From Botryllus schlosseri (taxonomy: Eukaryota): a stretch of DNA of 64,000 nt. The number at the start of each line of letters is the position of its first letter. Within the stretch, counting starts at the first letter, position 1. Below, one piece after another: positions 51,136-61,600 of the stretch. Both the position numbers and the translations under genes were made by a program. The stretch is taken from NCBI GenBank assembly GCA_051294905.1, contig CM119372.1, positions 33,978,001 through 34,042,000 of the forward strand, read 5' to 3'. Below the pieces are notes generated by a model. It did no database searches and was not told the DNA's origin. It saw only the letters and a list, made by a program, of their open reading frames with translations.

Positions 51136-54100
51136 AGTGGTAATTCGTACTTTCGGGTATATGCATCTCTCGCACGGTGTTGAATATGTATCAAGTAAAT
51201 AGTCACGTGATTGGCTCTTAGTTAATGTGTACATCCCAAATTATTATATATGACCGATTCGAGTTAATCCCAACGTTTACGGTGAATGTGACTTTAATAT
51301 ATCGTTATTCTTATGGGCGCGGCGATGATTCGTACTTTCGTTGATAGAATGCTAGCGGCATGTCGTACTTTCACCAAAAAGGGTGTGAAATAGTTTGCTA
51401 AATCTAGGAATCAGTCGCTTGGTAATTAGTTTACCACGGAGCCGGCGTAGACGGCGATTCCAATACCAATACCAAAAATAGCCGCGTTCACATATTAACA
51501 CTCCAAATAGGTGTGAAATAGTTTGCAAACCCTGCGTTCGCTGACAAGATAATGTCTCAGACATACGCGACTTGATGTTACAGGCATATCGATCGCTCAC
51601 GCGGTGAAATTTTCGTAAGCAGTTTGTCACAGAACTTGATTTCAGCCGTAAAGATTTAATAAGTAACGAATAACAGACCGCCAGTGTCGGTAACTTGAAT
51701 AGCGACAAATTGTCACTTATTTCCGCTCTAACCCTAATCCTTTGTGAAGTGAACGCTTATTCAAATAGGTGTGAAATAATTTTAAAATCCTACGACACTC
51801 ACAGGGTAATGCTTCAGACAAAGCGATCCCTCATACCCGCTCACAAGGTAATATTTCCGTAATTAGTTTGTCACAGAGTCGTCGCAGACGGTGATTCGTA
51901 AACCAACAATTTGACACTTTCTGGTATGGTCGCTATATATGTTTTTGACACTTTGGAACGTGGTTGACTTTAGTTGTATGATAAGAATCATGCGAATATT
52001 CAAGTAATGTATCAATTGACTGAAATGAAACTTACTACACAGCTCAAGTTGATTCGTGTCTGAATGTGTTAATTCGGTACAATTCTAATTAATTTGAGAA
52101 ATCTTTTTAACGTGATCTTTTGATTCGACCGTAACCTGAATATTACTGACACCGACTTTCAGTCACATTGAATTATTCACACATTCCACGCCGCTGTTTT
52201 AACAGTTATAGAATCAATACCAACTATCTCTAACCCGATAATATTCCATCATTTTGGTAATTTACCAACTTTAAATCCATTCGCGGATGTACTAAAGGTA
52301 AATCCAAATAATCCAAAATGAAATATTTGGACTTTGACATAGTCTGAATTGAAATAGATTGACAAACATGACTACCAACTTCCCCGCAGTCCCATTTCGA
52401 TATTATATGCACATTGATTTGAAACAAGTAATGAAACATTGCAACTCTATTCGCAATCCCGCTTTCCGTTTGTCAAAGAGATATTTTAACATCTTACCAT
52501 ACTCAAAAGAATTCTTCACAACATTAACAATTGTTAAAAATCTAGTTTTCACTTACTTGATTATATCACTACAACTCACAAATTTTAATTCATCCTGGCT
52601 GTATTCGTATGATCGGTCGTTTTTATTCGATTGTAAAGGTCGTTACTATTCTGAAGACAAAGTATTTACTAATCGGTACATATACGATTTGACTTGGACA
52701 TATTATATTTTGAGTATACGAGATTTGAATGTCCGAACAATAACTGAGAATTAATTTATCACAATTAAATCCGTATATTACAGCGTAAAAGATATTGGGG
52801 TGTCAGCAACTCTGTACGGTCGTAGTTACAACCACATTAACTAATCTACCCAGGCAACTCGTCATGATCATTCCTGAAATCAACACAAACACGACCACTG
52901 ACTTGAGTTAACCGCGAAACAGCATCAAGTTTTAAATCCGCTTGCAGCTGACGGATTATTCGAATGCATCGATGGAGAATATTATTGAACTCGTCGGTAT
53001 TGTTACTTCAACAAATTACACCGACTGCGAAAGTTAATATCGAATGATAAGACTTGATCACATATTTGTTGATCACAGACATGACAAAAAAACATTACCG
53101 AGATTTTATAAACTAGTCATATTACTCTACACATCTATCAATATCAAAATGCGAGTCATCCAATTTTTCTACTAAAGTAACATTGCACTTTCGGATTCGG
53201 ATTCGGTATAGTCATACAAATTGTATTAAATCCAACATCAAAACAAAAGGAATTTTTTTTTAGTTTATTGAAATCAAATCATTCGTCTTCGACTTGTGCT
53301 TTTCTAGATTGCGCGCAACAATTCGTTACGAATGAGCTGTAACCAAAGTTAAGAATTCTTTGTGTCCACAGATATAGAAGATGAATATAGCTAACACCAA
53401 TCACGAATCGACGTTTCAGAGTATTTCACGGATGTAATAAACTTGTTAGTGTCGCCTATCTAAAAGTATGCATGCGTTCGATTTCCATACCGACTGTTGC
53501 GATGTTTAGGATTCGCTTACAATGACCAAGAGTGAGGATTTAACATCAATGTCGTTACTGGAGGTATTCACAACAGAGAATCGAAACATTACACAGTGTG
53601 AAAATATATCTTTGATATCAAAGCACTATCCCAAGTACACGATTAATACTCAACTCCGTTCACACTTTTTATAGAACGTGCTAAATGTAAAATATCACGA
53701 GGTTGCACTCTAAGACTTTGATCATTACAAAAGTAAATTGAATATGTTTGCTCGACGCATTCAATTCAACTAGAAATGTCTAGTGCACAACAATCGTAAT
53801 ATTAAGGAAGTACTTGCTACACTGTAATTCACTAAACGTGTTTTGCATTGTTGTTCATTTGTAGCATTGATTGAAATTGTTTTTTGAACCCTCAAATAAT
53901 AATTCCCGACATGAAACCAAACCGCTGAAAGTCGTTACCAACACAAAGAAACACTTTGTACGATGTTTGCCAAATGTACCCTATGGTTAGGTGTACTAGA
54001 ATTATTTGTGTAACACATACACCGACAATGTAATCGAAAATTTTTCCGTTGTCATTCGCTAAAGTAAATGTCATCACAATACTCTGTCACTAAAGATCTT

Positions 54101-55286
54101 ACTTGTATCTGATTGAATCACCGATAATTAACTCGCTAAATCAAACCATAAGGAAATTTCACTCACTCATCAGATATGAAACAGCGTCGCTTAATCGGTG
54201 TAGATCGTTTTTCTAAATGCAAATCATACCTGACCAACAGAAAAACAATTTTCACTCACCTTGTAATGAAACCAAGTGTAGTGGACCTTCGTTCAATATT
54301 TTGTTTGTGTCAAATACTTTGCAATAAACACACTGGAGTGGTCGAGCTTTACATCAGCAGACTGTAATCTGTAAATCAAGCTTACATCCGACTTGTAACT
54401 GTATCGTTTACCTAACCGAGTTGTATGCACTGTTTGATATTTTTTGTTATTTGGTAATTGCTGAATATACTACTTCGAAATACTCCCTTGAACGTAATTT
54501 CCATCATCGTAATAATCGAAGTACATTTATGTCGAATTCGTAACAGCCGACTATGACATGATAAATTTTTGACAAGTTATGCTTGGAAGATTGGTTGTAT
54601 ATCACGAAAAATAATTACCGCTCATATTCATACTGTTATCCATTGTTCGGTATTTTCAAACGAGTAAAATTTATTACTTGAGTTACTCCGCTTAATGCAA
54701 ATGTAAACACAACCGTCTTTCAACATCGCAAAGACATCGATACGAAGTATACAATCAAACGCAACAAGTTTTACTTTTGTAGGTTGTGTATGGTTATCCT
54801 GCATAACTCATTTCTTACCAAAGCCATATGAAATATATTCATGTTACACGAAAATATTCACTCATGCTACGAACCTGTACAATGATTGGTGGTGCTTTCA
54901 AACTGTTTCGATACCTCAAGAACTTTATTGTCTGAATGGTTGTTCATGTATCATAATAATCAAGTAATTCAACACAGAACTAGTATTAACAGAAACACCA
55001 AAGTTGTTTACACAAAAGTTTGTATGTGTACAGTATACGAATACCATGTGTAAGTCCAGCACAATTGTGGTATCCATACGAGTTTAGTTAACACAATTTA
55101 CGACACCGAGGTCGCGTCATCTTTCGTAAGACAACAAACCAAGGCTTCAGGATATGTCCATGTCATAGCAATGAATCAGCTACTCCAACAACAGAGTGCA
55201 TATGTTTTCTAGTTACGGTGCTTACATCTTACACACAAATCAATCTACTTTGCTAACGAAAAGTGGTGAGTCATCATATGGTTATC

Positions 55287-55831
55287 TAGGCGTACCATAT
55301 TTCGGAAAGGAAAAAAGAGGACACTTTTTCAGAAATTTCAGACAAGCAAAACTGGAGAAGAATTCTAAAAAACAGGTAAATTTTACCCGCTTCATGATCG
55401 GATGACTAAAAAAAAAAAATAAAAAAGGTCATCACTTCCGCTCAGAGCTCAAAAACACGTTTTTCACTCCACATTGCCAGGTGGATGACTAAAAAAAAAA
55501 AAAAAAAAAAAAAGTCATCACTTCCGCTCAGAGCTCAAAAACACGTTTTTCACTCCACATTGCCAGGTGGATGACTAAAAAAAAAAAAAAAAAGGTCTTT
55601 TTTTCGCTCATAGCTGAATTCACCCCTTTTCGCTCCGAAATACCCGCCGGAGCTTCACTTCTGCGCTAATTTGCGGCATATCACTCGCGATTTCCTCTAA
55701 ATATGACCTAAATTTTCAAAAAAGAGGACAAAATCTCAAAAAAGAGGACAAAAGGGCGTCCTCCGAGGACACTTTCAAAAAAGTCAAAAAAGAGGACAAA
55801 TCCTCTTAAAAGAGGACGTATGGTAAGCCTA
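55287..55831. mobile_element. hAT-type MITE present only in the left palindrome arm
   Basis: TIRs TAGGCGTACCATA / TATGGTAAGCCTA. TSD TGGTTATC. Empty site at ~60592-60599 in the right arm. Internal GGATGACT-poly(A) tandem units. Confidence 0.93.
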
Positions 55832-56099
55832 TGGTTATCCTCACTAGTAAAACATACTATCATACAAAATGGTCGTTATAGTTTGCACACCAACGGTACA
55901 TGGTACAAGTAACAAGTCTCGAGCATCCAGTTATTCAAAAAACGTGAAAGTATTTCTACACCAAGTCGTTATGTTGACGAAAGCGTATATTGTAATACCA
56001 TGATCGATTTGCATTCGTTGGTCACAAACTGTCACTACTCTAAATAATTATTTTTCACTCAAACACAAAAGCATACTTGTCGCCAATCGTTTTCATCAA

Positions 56100-58689
56100 G
56101 TACGAGTTCAAGAAACTTACTACGACATGAATTTTTATTTTTATGTAGTGTAAATAGGTAATAATTAATTCAAGTAACACTATATCAACATCATCGAGTT
56201 GTGCTAATAGATTTACATGTCTTGTGGTTTTCATCGGGACATACAGCACGAACTAACTGTAGACTCCTCTCTGTTGTACAGCTACTCGGTAATCGAAATG
56301 CATTAACATGTAAACAACGATCTTGTTTCGTCACACCAAAAATATGTTCACTGTCGCGATACTCCGCACAAGACGTGCATAGCCTTTGCACACTCGTAAT
56401 AGTATACCAACGTCAAGCGATAACCTTTAACAAGACCAACGACACTGAACCCACGACGTTTACCTATGTAAAATTACCACTTTCACTTGCCAGTCCATCG
56501 TTTACCTGACTAAACATATTATTTTCCTTTGGAGATCTGACGTTTACCCAGAGTAAGAAACCATTTTCACTTGTAAATATATTTTTTCCTTGGCTAACAA
56601 ACCTTTTTTCACTTGGAAATATATTTTTTCCTTGGCTAACAAACCTTTTTTCACTTGGAAATATATTTTTTCTCTGGTTAACAAACCTTTTTCACTTGGA
56701 AATATATTTTTTCTCTGGCTAACAAACCTTTTTCACTTGGAAATATATTTTTCCCTGGGTAACAAACCTTTTTTTCCCTGAGCAACAAACCATTCTGACT
56801 TGGTGGTTCGTCGTTTAGCCGAGTAAAAATATCATTTTCCTTTGGAGATCCGGCGTTTACCCAGTGTAACAATACATTTTCACTTGGAAAAATACTTTTA
56901 CCTAGAGTAACTAATCATTTTCTCCTGGGTAACAATCCCTTTTCGTCTGGAAACTATCATTTAACTGAGTACCAATACCGTTTTCACTTGGAAATACATT
57001 TTTTCCCTGGGTAACAATACCATTTTCGTTTTGAAAACTGACAACCACACCGGTCAATTTGATATTTTTGTATATTGTTACAACAAACAGTGACGGAAAT
57101 ATACACAGACAACCGGTTTCAGAGTATACCCCATCGGTCGTATCACATCAATATCATCGGCTAACCACATACAATATGTCCTTGTACACCGAAATGCATG
57201 TTTTGGAAAATTGGACAATAGGCCTCGATAGCTCTGTGATGTCCGGGTTCGTGCTTTGGATTTTCCAGAGTCAAAATGTCTGAATAAAACACCTCCTCGA
57301 CTTTGGTACACGGATATGGTCGGAAAACGGTTGGATTTATGTCACCCATCGCGATAACAATTCCTGGTCGAGTTTTCCTCTGGCATGTTTGCTATATTGT
57401 GTCTTTATTGGTCAATGTATGTCTCGACATTCAGTTTGAAATCGGAAATGATAAAGTATGTAACCGGATCCGGATATCAACTCTGAATCGATAAACCAAT
57501 GAACAATATTCAAAGTAAACATGTCACACCCTGTGTTTCCACGAAAAAATACCATCCAGACATACATCGCGCTTGTTTGCCCACACCAGTATACGCGCAA
57601 ATGGAGGTGTGTGACATTGCATGCAATGTGTTGGTATACAAACATCGATCCACAGACATTATCATAGCTGGTAGTTTTGATGTAGATCGAATGTCACCCG
57701 ATAACAATACCAATAAGCCACATTGCAATGACTCTGAGGTAATCTGAAGCATGACATACAGACACACAAACATGGAACCGTAACATGGGTTATTCGCACG
57801 GCGGTGAAAGTGAACTGTACAGTACATACCAATATTGCGATCACAGTCAAATATGCAAACCGTGTACAATCATATAACCAGGTTTTTGTCTGATAAGTAC
57901 AAATCCAATAAATCGATACATTTCTTTTCCCTGGACATCAATAATACAATCACCATTCAAATGCATCACTCGAATGTGAGGTTCGTCTGGTGTAAAATCC
58001 ATATCAAATAACACCAAAGTGTGCCTTCCGTGTTTTATCATTTCCACCGACGCTTCTTGTCTGTGTCGTAACACTATGGTGCTGGGACTTGAAAAACGAC
58101 GGATTGTGAAACGGATTGACATGATCTTCGATATGACCAACAGAATCGACGTCAATAGCCTTGTGACGATGTCGTTTCAAAATGTTACCGATATGACGAG
58201 CGAAACCTCGATCCCTTGCGGTGATGACCGTTTCGAAATGTGGCTGGACGAATGGGACCCTCAAGATGGCGTGTTTTATGATTGTGTGAAATCACGAGGT
58301 AGTGTTCTATTTGTGGTGTACGATTGCAGTCTTCACAGAAACACACCTTATTGGATCACAGTATCAGTCCGAGATTTGCAGAATCACTGTTCGCGATATT
58401 TATCTGGAGTCGTTATGTGGGAGTAGCGACATCCATGCATCGTGATTTAGTGAAAGACTGATCGCAATCATTTCGAGCACCGTACTTCGATAGTTCACAT
58501 TGGTCAAACGCTGTAGCCTCAGCAGAAAACTTCGGTTCTCGACAACACGCTGGATATTGATCGATGTATCCAATTGATCTGGGTGGTCTGTCTGGAGATA
58601 GGGTCATGACTATCTTGTAATGTTACAACGCGATAACACCATCGAGTAAATCAGTGAACGGTATCGAAATATCGATGTAATAGCGCGGA
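56100..58689 (-). pseudogene. Putative decayed LRR-containing GPCR (LGR/GRL101-like); 7TM part duplicated at 58690-~60300 (+)
   Basis: LRR-like 'MVLSRCNITR..QLDTSINIQRVVENRSF..LQRLTNVN' and 'HIRVMHLNGDCII' in the spacer, then a GTATGT..TTCAG intron (~57744-57830). One frame follows with 'LRVIAMWLIGIVIG*', 'GNTGCDMF..FIDSEL', 'IH*PIK', 'FSKTCISV' and 'LCIFPSLFVVTIYKNIK', and later 'VYS*FVLYVPMKT'. Recognised by eye only. Confidence 0.45.
56520..57030. repeat. 42-43-bp tandem repeat (mirrored at ~59398-59910)
   Basis: Unit TTTCACTTGGAAATATATTTTTTCCTTGGCTAACAAACCTTT with homogeneous central and diverged flanking copies. Confidence 0.92.
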
Positions 58690-61600
58690 CTCAGAGTCAT
58701 TGCAATGTGGCTTATTGGTATTGTTATCGGGTGACATTCGATCTACATCAAAACTACCAGCTATGATAATGTCTGTGGATCGATGTTTGTATACCAACAC
58801 ATTGCATGCAATGTCACACACCTCCATTTGCGCGTATACTGGTGTGGGCAAACAAGCGTGATGTATGTCTGGATGGTATTTTTTCGTGGAAACACAGGGT
58901 GTGACATGTTTACTTTGAATATTGTTCATTGGTTTATCGATTCAGAGTTGATATCCGGATCCGGTTACATACTTTATCATTTCCGATTTCAAACTGAATG
59001 TCGAGACATACATTGACCAATAAAGACACAATATAGCAAACATGCCAGAGGAAAACTCGACCAGGAATTGTTATCGCGATGGGTGACATAAATCCAACCG
59101 TTTTCCGACCATATCCGTGTACCAAAGTCGAGGAGGTGTTTTATTCAGACATTTTGACTCTGGAAAATCCAAAGCACGAACCCGGACATCACAGAGCTAT
59201 CGAGGCCTATTGTCCAATTTTCCAAAACATGCATTTCGGTGTACAAGAGCATATTGTATGTGGTTAACCGATGATATTGATGTGATACGACCGATGGGGT
59301 ATACTCTGAAACCGGTTGTCTGTGTATATTTCCGTCACTGTTTGTTGTAACAATATACAAAAATATCAAATTGACCGGTGTGGTTGTCAGTTTTCAAAAC
59401 GAAAATGGTATTGTTACCCAGGGAAAAAATGTATTTCCAAGTGAAAACGGTATTGGTACTCAGTTAAATGATAGTTTCCAGACGAAAAGGGATTGTTACC
59501 CAGGAGAAAATGATTAGTTACTCTAGGTAAAAGTATTTTTCCAAGTGAAAATGTATTGTTTCACTGGGTAAACGCCGGATCTCCAAAGGAAAATGATATT
59601 TTTACTCGGCTAAACGACGGACCACCAAGTGAGAATGGTTTGTTGCTCAGGGAAAAAAAGGTTTGTTACCCTGGGAAAAATATATTTCCAAGTGAAAAAG
59701 GTTTGTTAGCCAGAGAAAAAATATATTTCCAAGTGAAAAAGGTTTGTTAACCAGAGAAAAAATATATTTCCAAGTGAAAAAAGGTTTGTTAGCCAAGGAA
59801 AAAATATATTTCCAAGTGAAAAAAGGTTTGTTAGCCAAGGAAAAAATATATTTACAAGTGAAAATGGTTTCTTACTCTGGGTAAACGTCAGATCTCCAAA
59901 GGAAAATAATATGTTTAGTCAGGTAAACGATGGACTGGCAAGTGAAAGTGGTAATTTTACATAGGTAAACGTCGTGGGTTCAGTGTCGTTGGTCTTGTTA
60001 AAGGTTATCGCTTGACGTTGGTATACTATTACGAGTGTGCAAAGGCTATGCACGTCTTGTGCGGAGTATCGCGACAGTGAACATATTTTTGGTGTGACGA
60101 AACAAGATCGTTGTTTACATGTTAATGCATTTCGATTACCGAGTAGCTGTACAACAGAGAGGAGTCTACAGTTAGTTCGTGCTGTATGTCCCGATGAAAA
60201 CCACAAGACCGCATGTAAATCTATTAGCACAACTCGATGATGTTGATATAGTGTTACTTGAATTAATTATTACCTATTTACACTACATAAAAATAAAAAT
60301 TCATGTCGTAGTAAGTTTCTTGAACTCGTACTTGATGAAAACGATTGGCGACAAGTATTCTTTTGTGTTTGAGTGAAAAATAATTATTTAGAGTAGTGAC
60401 AGTTTGTGACCAACGAATGCAAATCGATCATGGTATTACAATATACGCTTTCGTCAACATAACGACTTGGTGTAGAAATACTTTCACGTTTTTTGAATAA
60501 CTGGATGCTCGAGACTTGTTACTTGTACGATGTACCGTTGGTGTGCAAACTATAACGACCATTTTGTATGATAGTATGTTTTACTAGTGAGGATAACCAT
60601 ATGATGACTCACCACTTTTCGTTAGCAAAGTAGATTGATTTGTGTGTAAGATGTAAGCACCGTAACTAGAAAACATATGCACTCTGTTGTTGGAGTAGCT
60701 GATTCATTGCTATGACATGGACATATCCTGAAGCCTTGGTTTGTTGTCTTACGAAAGATGACGCGACCTCGGTGTCGTAAATTGTGTTAACTAAACTCGT
60801 ATGGATACCACAATTGTGCTGGACTTACACATGGTATTCGTATACTGTACACATACAAACTTTTGTGTAAACAACTTTGGTGTTTCTGTTAATACTAGTT
60901 CTGTGTTGAATTACTTGATTATTATGATACATGAACAACCATTCAGACAATAAAGTTCTTGAGGTATCGAAACAGTTTGAAAGCACCACCAATCATTGTA
61001 CAGGTTCGTTGCATGAGTGAATATTTTCGTGTAACATGAATATATTTCATATGGCTTTGGTAAGAAATGAGTTATGCAGGATAACCATACACAACCTACA
61101 AAAGTAAAACTTGTTGCGTTTGATTGTATACTTCGTATCGATGTCTTTGCGATGTTGAAAGACGGTTGTGTTTACATTTGCATTAAGCGGAGTAACTCAA
61201 GTAATAAATTTTACTCGTTTGAAAATACCGAACAATGGATAACAGTATGAATATGAGCGGTAATTATTTTTCGTGATATACAACCAATCTTCCAAGCATA
61301 ACTTGTCAAAAATTTATCATGTCATAGTCGGCTGTTACGAATTCGACATAAATGTACTTCGATTAATACGATGATGGAAATTACGTTCAAGGGAGTATTT
61401 CGAAGTAGTATATTCAGCAATTACCAAATAACAAAAAATATCAAACAGTGCATACAACTCGGTTAGGTAAACGATACAGTTACAAGTCGGATGTAAGCTT
61501 GATTTACAGATTACAGTCTGCTGATGTAAAGCTCGACCACTCCAGTGTGTTTATTGCAAAGTATTTGACACAAACAAAATATTGAACGAAGGTCCACTAC

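Larger units (their letters stand above)
51877..57738 (+). repeat. Left arm of giant inverted duplication (may extend further left)
   Basis: Reverse complement of 58690-64000, apart from scattered SNPs/indels and one MITE insertion; mirrored ORFs in the six-frame track. Confidence 0.97.

Noticed and set aside
52359..52754. 131-aa ORF duplicated in both palindrome arms
   Set aside because: Its conservation is just the recent duplication; no recognisable domain.
56520..57030. 42-43-bp repeats as a CRISPR array or viral replication origin
   Set aside because: No spacers and no recognisable viral core genes nearby; better explained as a tandem, possibly coding, repeat.
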